This document shows, in pieces, positions 43,001-48,660 of a stretch of DNA of 64,000 nt (the stretch's first letter is position 1; every line of letters begins with the position of its first letter). Source of the stretch: a virus; the IMG/VR virus record IMGVR_UViG_3300030098_006058, positions 25,109 to 89,108 of that record, one strand, 5' to 3'. The position numbers and the translations under genes were made by a program. Below the pieces are notes generated by a model. That model was not told the origin of the DNA. It made no database searches and saw only the letters and a list, made by a program, of their open reading frames with translations.

Positions 43001-45204
43001 TAGATCTGATATATGGAAGTGATACTCAAACTGGATTGTATGATATGCTTAAAGAATTAGAAGATTATCAAAAATCACAAGGAAAAAATGTTAATCATTT
43101 TAGAGAATTGTATGATTTCATGTTAGAAAGAGATTCTAAAGGAGAACTAACAGGAGGTATCGTACAAAAAACTACAAAAGAATGGAGAGATAAAGTAAAA
43201 GTTCTTATTGAAAATGCTCAGAAGCAAGGTAGAAAACCTACAAAAAGAGAATGGGCAGAATTTTATAATAATAATCCTATTGAAATAAATCCACAATATA
43301 CTTCATTAATGAATCTTAGTGAAAATGATACTAGAAGAAATTTTTATAAATATTGGGTTGATACATATCAAAGTGCACAAAAACAATTACCAGCACATAT
43401 GAGAAAAGCTTGGGGTGGATTTATGTTACCTTCTATAAGAGCAACACATCAAGAGCAATTATTAGAGAAAAAAGGAGGTGTACATAAAAAAGGATTAGCA
43501 GCTGTAAAAGAAGTATTTACTGAACATATGGCAATACATGAAGATGATGTACATTATGGACAACTATTAAATGAAAAAGGAGAACCTTTAGATTTTGTAC
43601 CTATTCATTATAATAGATTAATTGGTACTGAAGAAGATCAATTACATCCTGAAGATGTTACCTATGATTTAGCATCTCAATTAAGAATGTATACTACAAT
43701 GGCTACTAACTTTGCTAAAATGCAAGAAGTATTACCTGAATTAGAAATTATTAAACAGGCTATTAAAACAAGAAGAGTCGTTAAAAATTGGAGTGGAAAA
43801 CCGGTTATAGATCCTGTAACACAGCAACCAGTAACAACGCCAGGTATACAGTCTCATGCTTATAATAGATTAATTGATTACTTTGATATGGTAATTTATG
43901 GAAAGAGAAAAGCTAAAGGAAATGTTAGAGAGATAGCAGGTAAAAAAATCACTTCTGATAAACTATCTGACTCATTCTTAGGATATAATGCATTAAGAGT
44001 ACTTGCACTTAATAAATGGGCGGGTATGGCTAATATAGGAATGGGTACTCTTATGAATTGGATCGAAGGGTTTTCTGCACAATTTGTAACAATAGAAGAT
44101 TTAACAAAAGCAACTGCTACTTATTATGGGGATAGTAAAGGAATAATTGATGATATCCTCCAACGAAGACCGTCGTCTAAAACAGGATTACTAAATGAAG
44201 AATATAATGTTTTACAAAATTTTGATGAATTTGGTAAAAGAATAGATCATAGAAATATTGGTCTTAGAAGTTTACATTTAGGCGCTTCTTTCTTTATGAT
44301 GTCTGCTGGTGAGCATATGATACAATCAAAATTAGCTCAAGCTTTTATGCATAATAAGAAGTTTAAAATTTCAGGTGGTAAAGAAATAAGTTTATATGAT
44401 GCTTATACAGTAAAAAATGGAAGATTAGTATTGAATAAAGAGGTAGCAGAACAATGGAGTGATGAAGATAGAGTTAGATTTTCTGAAAAAATTCAAGCTG
44501 TTTATCAACGTATGCATGGTATATATAATACAGCAGATAAAGCAGCTCTTCAAAAATATGCTATAGGTAGATGGGTTATACAATTCCGTAAATGGATGCG
44601 CCCAGGATGGGTAAGAAGATTTGGAGGTATAGAAAAAATGTTTTATGATAAAGAATCAGAATTTAAAAATCCTGAGTGGAATGAGAGATTTGATTCTTAT
44701 TGGGAAGGAAATTATGTAACTACATTTAAATTTTTAAAACAATTAGCTTCTGAAGCTGTCAAAGGTAAATTCCAAGCTAAACTTAATTGGAAAGATCTTT
44801 CACCGTGGCAAAAAGCTAATTTAAAAAGAGCTTTTGGAGAAGTTAATGCTTTCTCTATTTTAATGTTAGCTAGCTATTTATTAATTCCAGAAGGAGATGA
44901 CAAAGATGATGCTCCATGGAATACAATTTATGTATTAAAACGTGTACAACAAGAGTTAGGATTCTATATGTGGATTCCAAATACTATTGATATTTTAAAA
45001 GCTCCCGCTGCTAGTATAACTACTATAGAAGTATTCTTTAAATTCTTAGAACAATTAGCTGATCCTACTGAACAGTATGAAAGAAAGACAGGAAAATATG
45101 AAAAAGGAGATTATAAAATTGAGAAAAGATTTAAAGACTTATTACCGTTTAAAGAATTGTGGACCAGGGCTGAGGATAAACTTAAATGGTTTGATTTAAA
45201 ATAA
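28069..45204 (+). CDS. Giant virion RNA polymerase polyprotein (crAss-type double-psi beta-barrel RNAP) with PD-(D/E)XK domain
   Basis: MGQDFDIDKLY (DFDIDK at 38401-38418), YRIPTQGKNSM, TDGQGY; nuclease motifs HAEVK...GTIDV...DWKT...YRLQLSLY at about 41760-42150. Confidence 0.9.
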   Translation: MSEKTSALKGIFSNTSTELDPGTNLPKSPTKGPNDPPIAPPKGAKRYNRGGSNSNLWGDGVNSVSDIFKIPSETGKMGTPPTIFPGPSYYDLPDVDFDIYDRGTTLQRRASRQGVGEQILGALNQAVFGEVLGGTIEALGALADFAWGGIGETYGNWMTELGSDIRNFTKEITPIYQMYPGMAWNPSDSGWWAQNAVSVASTLSLLIPARGVQVAGGKLMMGIAKGTKKINKAKKGTKLHNFAKKIENAAHGTKWTRAAGTAVLGGTASRFMENYREAAETGVHSLEKNLKFLSDPENLEEFLNSEEGQIFLEETGITRNDPNIVTKAAQYASGKAASHAFKIDWANWAFDVFQYGLMFSPGLFGKIGTRTGKGSSAATKAQQGFLKAPKKVKSPRFGRLGAAFNWTVKKGKPFAKWAAWSATEGVEEMVNYIGMQEGIRRGDLILGNTGYTNKEYIESDDFLGRLDHYMEQGGFWTSAMWGAIGGGIFTGVAGIRNRNYHKKLAEQKVQEIGERTALITELMQERQRYEAIGDIDGMRKIDQQLAIELALKAAAVGNVDLLLEMINDPMMDEALESGGMKKEDIQAKKKEIIETVELVEKLYNSRMNTLTGDKYSDALGASIVRMEMNISMYQNLIDEINKRIEAGETSDVVLQDGFKIGSNTKNRYDLQRKIQEVNKVLQMFEQIRSGLEKANAEAGTSEKDKQQNSLALEETNKQIEKYKQQLSELEKKSTLAKKDSQDNYDAGVYKQEEDFLKKVQEMDQRGLAEKKALYTNLRDLSWEQLNRLLSGETTLIDKDKKEVGKASVPKTEQEVIEDSLGTGTEQAKQSAQTRAKIQDLRNFIIKNKPSLKALDDFIAQYPTDQEFQRVAALAREAYAQYKNEQDFRDKNDSFRSKLKKVIKKETDEIKDYIDEANKKFLEELDKLTKPKTSMKDVRKGVETEIWYRNWIENGALRTYGIKESQDYLINELFDEFTPVISVVWKGKVGSLFIDPETNEYIFRHGRSGKETIIPVEPETASNKYRNSKGQYTKGATLRHLDMRLLKNSYLNMSIIADGRTIMINGEYYNILDSDPSSAIKYNKKTAEVLGVHLTKWDGTKVFITTPGLKYEIANIIETLEAVKRIQFKNLVQNDFMIIEHEGTEYIVQYENAGMKGLFQDYQELTVRLEDGTPASSDIKKEVLKIANQNLTKAIEQEINNIKVKYNEARTSNNVTPAKNTETTLESTPEQEGKISEDPGKVKQITQSEINSEKIEESSEGKKEELNTKEEKDLANGARNSIEQNSSSITEEENQKNTKEEETQNKEQTKKKLEEVIGLGSQHESNESTTPEDEMNKDQNTLGLISSPTDTDPDNLDAQYPSGFITEMAWINIGTKENPLIVNLLDGNGNLIGNRIGIGTVPYIDKTIEEMSNLEKSLLEAGNARIVKLYHWKPVESNVDGVMTVLTEGSRAIVDESQLKELTNDEGKPLFRIWKTNTVKVSDYISTDVLNSPKFGVGTKIILRVEPNDQFFSSNEPNKVTITLRLASNPSIILTKRQGVFEQDGELYDQVKSMLESGDIKDIEAEVTGKTNGYVINIKRNGKSVESSLNTLEGQFPLILGYAQGDVMRIEGEEYQDIIVPDSPYYESGATYLIIPASNGTYIPVRLNTQKLTDFAAEKVLEIILSEITNPEQKRAQVNKIVNVYSKVTSDKVLALDNYEFKFKYGDFNIGIQYNIEGSGKNAKNNLKNAIEGKPFHFKLYDEFGLQVSKGEFKDGDTIKQKTLRESSELNINENGPIKEAIIEHLKTKYYNIQKNELNSDQKFISPLKDGKVYKNYLEYLSDPELKIITHDIPSGSQTKFFNTKVFFKLTSKPIKATSKKKSAPSFLSSSDKKVINSVETENENISEIPTEYDEVKGKVKKSGRRKYTVTEQTDNSQRNPNIETFDPTKLAGIPKDSTVESSDNLSDNENNIISDKSEERKNNKSDDNFDVQLRQRYETDPASDILSEKEVQWFKDKFGEEGLEIAQRIKYIILKDGRMAYGKYHKGMVTLAQFGKEGTAYWEAMRRIMDLHLTPEEKNDLTLAAINRWNDTDQKQVEINIARGFMEFMLTENDSSLSGILKRFFRNLLYYIKNMLGMKPSIDQMFKDLSNRTYTKYNVKELNELSQVQNVAKLREKKNYTELEVEDITSSINFMLWEHLNNKYGDNWVDILSKPVELAKEYEKIRISWRNKSEERLKDPNLSELNRRIHSNILDITDESVFYTQFEKVGKNRINLENVTDVGFRDLAVEGLIEWGYKFKFKKDFTLDYDSKPEITEAIPNEEEVSTEDIGIEDIEKLEKIYGMNFWHQDQRSTLSKEVKIGLSFIKSRERSNITGSYKFIPFDDIYNYISAALSNVPQKYIESTLRGLQNKTVNGQNVMPSVIRVFDQASDQWKRKFLTHFNKQNILFKTLVIEGGKTKTVFTNRNGIHQQIMNEWIAARGLTNIFTERVGKPDEINIEEVEKIWSKTKPDIFYDQLMPIYQKYIKLLGNQAEQTKGKEEYLKVMTLILEKIGITIPKDVQNGIINDEKMNVKDLHSYMTGTNSVSYMFTNKLLKGLSPYIAENLEGMALGRLAELVAQYRVDKYLSSFIGGNRKPIFSINLNTFGSDRVNLLTDPRTSKQTIDEYLSDSFYNPLPDNNNYMHLILRLLQIPEVRDKFVLSTFDVIQERGEFQAGKTYDELTEAVSWKTRYAMFYNNGLPFAEINTGTKSDKTNFQFVLVPKINYMNRRLGLWTSPHQENAKTFVDTAIDLLYPLALAEYNNIIRTENELFGPTPISPREEIKNVHYKDVPGDRKGNGLRFSMLDILNDSQYEIFTPEGRLRRPSNGLTHEDMNRMQALIKTGIKNFVLREVNKTLDSMSKSGVVNKVKEGHYTNNGLPSETLAGRVGTENNIYDSLVGFAINDLVYKNYLSTIFGPPAFYYKNIVDKMKRGYQDVTPGYNVIVGKNGMKSKFNHVTLRDIYKQRPENVARIKKILTDAGVSNKVADRISQAYASVIKTDGQGYVTLEFYKQILESTGQWSPQHQEYYEKYWVTGKKMPAEARDLLLDPLKTFYFGPRVHTNSLGNTRLRWEQLKHSVVPLLREWTETTKQEGEFTLNNLRQRMEGVGQYKGFTPIDMVDFESGVKVGANGLTEFNRPETWVVEQFETKNLRLPQLIKTKVKDPLDGTQWAKLILENLSVDNNYTIFEKSFNGEELRKLYNDIYAEKIKRSSEKLMKRIGWNSFKQKWENRDELINTPEFAQAQLEFLKKVRAIIEDGLTQRNMSGVYFDALDLREVNDMITKFDFAVPLAFPTFAKTFENLLNSVVKNNVLKQRVHGMSAVQVAEFGSGVGQFTDELQIKRSPSGGIYAEARLSYDIALKLGYQGKVGEIKNIDKNILEVLGYRIPTQGKNSMISLKVIEILPSTMGSIIQVPSELTTMMGQDFDIDKLYLMFPERTKTGTKIEAFSYDTYLSKGRSFDGIGEQSLNNALFDIRKAILESKHTAREILDPLDTTTYEEKIREYERLGIIQKLQNLAANATSTDVFFEMINKDANMLIGLFSLHATGHAMAQEMGLELDDFYSINININGNESLTDLSRIFDYYGGFISTNISEDQNESLDNGTKQQIGRVGINVYNHGVKALLTRAGIPGGIAIDFINQKIIREYLELRQTQPETVSELELAEQLAAKYKVAQEFQEARKGARFFTPTPKSLTEGLSLDLKDRENAIQQIQLLSDFLKYQKVGKDLSKFNKMVSPETLKNTSRMSFFEEWKRIEEYLNSEDSSLRWTKGKTARLEAYEKYGVDAALDLVGHFLPYNTEAFLALKDKISEVLAIRDGILKPDQIDVINSLALYWLFTQRTEDNPLHRALYATNEENAITGEYNSSLISKRLFSKKESLASELLKLKKDYPELRNDILFGLLFPHRDNAIKSLQLIAFNNSSKLSPIVRSRISNRWNEILNLGKKWQGQKLEELSPLDRLQANKDLRLQKFGLQLAAYSIITSGFMMGPNSFIDLLPISYLEGAGFTSFFRKQIRGLQDPGFFGDHAIDQIIRNIFKDKGLVHSVKWSSLQKPSLKGLLSFNKNTYFVRFDSNKGLKQHEDPSTAAKYIKSYHRDTTGKGRGKWRLFRMVGNPQQNGAYYEEISPLGERWKFVELFEGGLKEKSVHPENTTRFNITQENDIRDNTTEGGNPNNVSNFGESMGLFRIAPMFKQSIIKDLDNRLIEWVQKHYGFSIQEYNNLKKRLGIDAVGMADLLNRTLYLSSSRDRLTVPEEVGHVFIASLPENIQREIASLAGQTKLHQEVAKEYANVYQTPLQFQLETAGKLLGMYITQQETGETLKIEEAETPGLLGALKRAWNWLWNNIFKLFNKDIARTELEKNLDELFGPMASKIYMGMNPTEINKDASAENLKTFAELGINKFYNLNKAADNMKSKIINAVNNVQTFVDETGRKVDQRLSNDSVSDLINREKERLERTLGWKKSDFLKELLKESEGIQLPEVNGKFYTMDGIKLHRVSDVIQLYQQPFEEAKFASLIAAKNKREGNEFNTKDRVLKLWEFLRKDVGTGIHTALEAIINNKDPREALTELNLNPISKAAILNNLQELKDWVNKRKAAGSKLHAEVKIGDKIDLIGGTIDVLEQTSNGRIILHDWKTKMLGKFVTLNQKLPAFKEGPLSGLPNTKLNQYRLQLSLYKHIIEQKGLKVDDIQVHGIEVDTQWSENGIFFNNIKFLSDRQTAKSTLKNIKPVKSYIITNIMRDINPRSTANIKKEIDNISKVADILAEARNNILTKIAAHKKTGDKTYRASLESLLTKLDELSERQGIAEFMKQAVRDINLAHKRLLELQEKSAINAKDLIAIRNFVGTYDILDRMLLMLPTLVETDQIKEIENFIAPAIAKRQMIDSLFLELGIPLVASLIMEKTTNPDMTLEKVTKQLTEASRDIGYLERWLDALGDSNDTILANVDKIIKDKRGEVQRFELDLIYGSDTQTGLYDMLKELEDYQKSQGKNVNHFRELYDFMLERDSKGELTGGIVQKTTKEWRDKVKVLIENAQKQGRKPTKREWAEFYNNNPIEINPQYTSLMNLSENDTRRNFYKYWVDTYQSAQKQLPAHMRKAWGGFMLPSIRATHQEQLLEKKGGVHKKGLAAVKEVFTEHMAIHEDDVHYGQLLNEKGEPLDFVPIHYNRLIGTEEDQLHPEDVTYDLASQLRMYTTMATNFAKMQEVLPELEIIKQAIKTRRVVKNWSGKPVIDPVTQQPVTTPGIQSHAYNRLIDYFDMVIYGKRKAKGNVREIAGKKITSDKLSDSFLGYNALRVLALNKWAGMANIGMGTLMNWIEGFSAQFVTIEDLTKATATYYGDSKGIIDDILQRRPSSKTGLLNEEYNVLQNFDEFGKRIDHRNIGLRSLHLGASFFMMSAGEHMIQSKLAQAFMHNKKFKISGGKEISLYDAYTVKNGRLVLNKEVAEQWSDEDRVRFSEKIQAVYQRMHGIYNTADKAALQKYAIGRWVIQFRKWMRPGWVRRFGGIEKMFYDKESEFKNPEWNERFDSYWEGNYVTTFKFLKQLASEAVKGKFQAKLNWKDLSPWQKANLKRAFGEVNAFSILMLASYLLIPEGDDKDDAPWNTIYVLKRVQQELGFYMWIPNTIDILKAPAASITTIEVFFKFLEQLADPTEQYERKTGKYEKGDYKIEKRFKDLLPFKELWTRAEDKLKWFDLK
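31685..31816 (+). CDS. Candidate overprinted 43-aa basic peptide in the +1 frame of the RNAP gene
   Basis: MKLEHLIMLLPPKIQKQLLSLHPNKRAKFLRTQGRSNKLRNPK*; A-rich context TAAAGTTAAATATAATG; cluster of C/G-ending codons in the host frame. Confidence 0.4.
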   Translation: MKLEHLIMLLPPKIQKQLLSLHPNKRAKFLRTQGRSNKLRNPK

Positions 45205-45545
45205 TGGAAAAATTTGATCCCTATAATGATGAAGAATTAGATGGGTTTTCAGATGAAGAAAAAGAAGTAATAAGAAGATCATCTATGATTAATACTTATA
45301 GACTCATTGTTAATAATTACGACTTTAGTATTTTTCCTGATACCATGTTTTGGTTACTCACAAATTATAAAGATAAAAATGTTCTAGATATTTTATTAGA
45401 ATATTTCGAATCTACCGAAGAATATGAAATGTGTGCAGATATCTATAAAATACAAAAATCTTTGGACAGAGTAATTGCCAACCGTGCGAAAAAAAGAGAA
45501 GGCTTGATTAAATACTTAATAGAGCCAAATAAAGATGAACAGTAG
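45204..45545 (+). CDS. Hypothetical protein
   Basis: 113 aa, coupled (TAATG) to the RNAP gene; LEYFESTEEYEMCADI helical hairpin. Confidence 0.6.
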   Translation: MEKFDPYNDEELDGFSDEEKEVIRRSSMINTYRLIVNNYDFSIFPDTMFWLLTNYKDKNVLDILLEYFESTEEYEMCADIYKIQKSLDRVIANRAKKREGLIKYLIEPNKDEQ

Positions 45546-45548
45546 ACA

Positions 45549-46139
45549 TCACCGGTATTCTATACCAGCAATATCTACTATGTTCATCAATTTCTTGAAT
45601 TCGTTTTTATCAAAAATCTCATCATCCTTATTAATAATAGGCCAAACTTCATCATCTGCCGATAATTGAATACCGATTTTATCTTCCCAGTACTCTCTTA
45701 AAGTGCTATCCTTATCCAGGATTAGGGGCATTGGGCTATTTTTAGTCCGATGTCTCATAATACGAATTTTAGCGGGATCAGAAAATTTAGAATATTTACC
45801 CGTTATAAAGTGATTATAATCTCTTTCAAAAGAAGGGGAAATTGTAAATACGAACATAATATAACCATCTACAGCATCATAAGATACTTTAAAATATTTA
45901 TCATTTTCTAATTTTTTTTCCAATTCTCTAAAAGAATTATTATACATCCATTTAAATAACACAAAAACATCGGGGGAACTAAAATCCCAATCATTCATAC
46001 TAGTATCACCAAGATACGCATTTACAATATAGGGTTTTAATTCCATCTTTGAATAACCAATTAATGGCATCAAAAATTCCAATGTCTTCGTGGGGGTAAT
46101 ATTATCCTTTATTTTCTTCAATTCTAGAGATAAACTCAT
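45549..46139 (-). CDS. Hypothetical phage protein
   Basis: 196-aa ORF ending the replication operon; GKYSKFS motif. Confidence 0.6.
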   Translation of the reverse strand: MSLSLELKKIKDNITPTKTLEFLMPLIGYSKMELKPYIVNAYLGDTSMNDWDFSSPDVFVLFKWMYNNSFRELEKKLENDKYFKVSYDAVDGYIMFVFTISPSFERDYNHFITGKYSKFSDPAKIRIMRHRTKNSPMPLILDKDSTLREYWEDKIGIQLSADDEVWPIINKDDEIFDKNEFKKLMNIVDIAGIEYR

Positions 46140-47109
46140 CTGATAACTTTAAATTAACAACTCCATCATTTTTATAATACTCCATTGGGAAATCCCATTG
46201 GTTATTGTCTACATGCCATTTATATCTATTAACTAATTCATCAAATTGATCTAAACCAATAGATAAATCTGCTAGATCTGGCTTATAGACAACACACTCA
46301 TGTAGGCCAGTGGTCTGCACCACTACAATATAAGAAAGAATATCGTATTCTTTAGTATCAATTCCAAGTTTTTTCAAATAGCTATGTACTGCTAGTCTGT
46401 AAATAGCCATTTGTCTATAATAATTATAAGAGAAATAACTTCTCTCAAAATTATATACAGATTTGGAACTTGTTTTCAAGTCTACGATATAAACTTTCTT
46501 ATTTTCTACATCAAGTATTAAATTGTCAATAATAGATTTTACATCAATTTCTTTATATATCCAAGAAATTTCAAATTCAGGCTTTCTATCCCCCTCACCA
46601 GGGAATATTAAACTGTTTGCTTTCTCATGTTTTAAAATACTACTATGGCAAGCCATTACAGTATTCATATCATCTTGAGATAATACAGTTTTACCTAAAT
46701 TTTCTTTTAGAAATTTGTAATAAGCTTGATTCTCGTCAGAATTAAACTTTTTTAACACGGTTTCTAAGGCCGTTTTAAAACCAGCTTTATCATAACATAA
46801 CTCATGTAATGTTTGATAACCATCTAATTTCATTTCTTTTGGCATATGTTCATTAATCATAGTATCTTCCGCTTCTACATATGATTCAATGAATACACCC
46901 ATCATTCCTCCTACAGGATTAGAATGAGATACTACATATCGATTATTAAATTCGGTAAATTCGAACATATAACAATGTATAGCAGATCCTAAATCAAATG
47001 CTTTACTATCTTTATCTAATTCTCTCCTTTTGTATTTTAAAAAATACTGAGGACTTACACTAAGAGCACTTAACGAAGAGTGACTAATGTGATTTAATAT
47101 ATCATTCAT
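46102..47109 (-). CDS. PD-(D/E)XK exonuclease (RecE/ExoVIII, DUF3799-like)
   Basis: ISHSSL, GSAIH, PE...KSIID...VDLKTS, YYRQMAIY. Confidence 0.85.
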   Translation of the reverse strand: MNDILNHISHSSLSALSVSPQYFLKYKRRELDKDSKAFDLGSAIHCYMFEFTEFNNRYVVSHSNPVGGMMGVFIESYVEAEDTMINEHMPKEMKLDGYQTLHELCYDKAGFKTALETVLKKFNSDENQAYYKFLKENLGKTVLSQDDMNTVMACHSSILKHEKANSLIFPGEGDRKPEFEISWIYKEIDVKSIIDNLILDVENKKVYIVDLKTSSKSVYNFERSYFSYNYYRQMAIYRLAVHSYLKKLGIDTKEYDILSYIVVVQTTGLHECVVYKPDLADLSIGLDQFDELVNRYKWHVDNNQWDFPMEYYKNDGVVNLKLSDEFISRIEENKG

Positions 47110-47587
47110 CTTTTTTATATTTACTTAGTTCGAAAACTAATTTTCTATCCTCAAAGTCCTCTACAGGTACAAATTCAATTTCACCAGAATTAGGAATAAT
47201 TTCACAATTATCATCATCAATCATACCCATTTCTACTAAGGTATCTTGAAAACATTTAATCCATATCCATAAATTGTCTACATCCCATTTTGGAACGTAA
47301 CCATCTTTAGGCTTCCTCCAACTTAAGTTCCCTTTATACATTCTTACATCACCATGATTTATAGCTGTATAAACATATAATTTAACTTTCATAGGCAATA
47401 AATCGTCTAATTCAAGTATATCTGGAATATATTGTTGAATATATGTATGCATTCGTCGAACTACTAAAGCTCGTAAATGATAATTCATACCAGTAAATAA
47501 TTTTTGACCGTTTATTTTAACATATTTCTTTTTAGTTTTTGCTATATGTGTAATAAACTTAGGAATAGTTATTAATACTTTATCCAT
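47102..47587 (-). CDS. RusA-like Holliday junction resolvase
   Basis: DVDN...KCFQDTL...IDDDN catalytic Asp pattern. Confidence 0.75.
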   Translation of the reverse strand: MDKVLITIPKFITHIAKTKKKYVKINGQKLFTGMNYHLRALVVRRMHTYIQQYIPDILELDDLLPMKVKLYVYTAINHGDVRMYKGNLSWRKPKDGYVPKWDVDNLWIWIKCFQDTLVEMGMIDDDNCEIIPNSGEIEFVPVEDFEDRKLVFELSKYKKDE

Positions 47588-47602
47588 GTTTCTTAATTGC
47601 TT

Positions 47603-47631
47603 TGGGAAATAGGGAGCCCGTTAGGACCCCC
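47603..47631 (-). terminator. GC-rich hairpin after rIIB (putative terminator or stabiliser)
   Basis: Minus strand GGGGGTCC-TAAC-GGGCTCCC followed by TATTT; weak U-tract. Confidence 0.4.
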
Positions 47632-47643
47632 TCCCTGATTAAC

Positions 47644-48660
47644 TTAATTACTTGCAGCTATTTCAACAGCTAAACGATCATTTTGAGCTAATTCAGCTTC
47701 AAGATCATTTATTTGTTTTCTTTTAGCTTCCTCATATGCTTTTAAATCTTCTGTCATCGATTTAGCATTGAATTCACTATAATCAGATTCTAGATATACA
47801 TTCTCGTTCTCACCATTACTAATAGCAATAGGAAAATATTCACAGCATCTCATTTTAGTGTTATTGTAATCTGATGGCACTGCCACCACATTACGAGGAC
47901 TTACTAATACTTCAAGTATCACACCGTCACCATACCCAAAGTCATGAACATATTCCATAGATCCCACGTGTAATCCATGAGAACATGTTTGACCCGGATC
48001 AGGGTCACACTCTTCTCTTGGCATTATAATAGGCTGACCTACTTTAATTACCATTCCATGAGCGCCACTATGATAAGGTGCAAAAGTTAATGATTGAGTA
48101 TATTTCTGCTCTTGTTCGCCAGTGTCTTCATTGTATTCGAACTGAACAATTTCTTCCCCAGTCTTTTTATCATACTTTGACTTAACTTTACAGGCTTTAT
48201 ACGCAAGAAAATACCCTTTGTCTGTTATCGGATGGCCATTATGCTCTAGAAAGCTATATAATTGCTTTCTAACAGCTTTATCCGGATTTAATAACAGATG
48301 CTTCCAGAAATTAATTAAACCTTCTAAAGGAATTCCATCCTCCATCCACTTCATTAATTTCTTTGCTAAAAAGTTTGGTATAGGATCAGTAGTACCTTTA
48401 AGATACATTTTCCTACCACCATCAAATTCAAATCTCCCATCAGTTTGATTTTGAATTCGGTGTCCAGGAGTTAGCAATTCCTGAACCTTGCCAATAATGG
48501 CAGCTCGTTCATTATTATCTCTAGATTTATTATAATTTTCAGCTAATTTAATAACTTTATCAGCTTCAGAGAAGCTTCTAGAAATACTTTTTGGTAGTCC
48601 ATCGATAATGACTTGAACGGTGTCTTTTTCGACTTTACAGACTAAATAACTATTTTTCAT
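47644..48660 (-). CDS. rIIB: rIIB-like protein
   Basis: LYSFLEH..PITDKGYFLAYK, MPREECDPDP..TCSHGLHVG, PRNVVAVPSDYNNTKMRCCEY. Confidence 0.85.
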   Translation of the reverse strand: MKNSYLVCKVEKDTVQVIIDGLPKSISRSFSEADKVIKLAENYNKSRDNNERAAIIGKVQELLTPGHRIQNQTDGRFEFDGGRKMYLKGTTDPIPNFLAKKLMKWMEDGIPLEGLINFWKHLLLNPDKAVRKQLYSFLEHNGHPITDKGYFLAYKACKVKSKYDKKTGEEIVQFEYNEDTGEQEQKYTQSLTFAPYHSGAHGMVIKVGQPIIMPREECDPDPGQTCSHGLHVGSMEYVHDFGYGDGVILEVLVSPRNVVAVPSDYNNTKMRCCEYFPIAISNGENENVYLESDYSEFNAKSMTEDLKAYEEAKRKQINDLEAELAQNDRLAVEIAASN

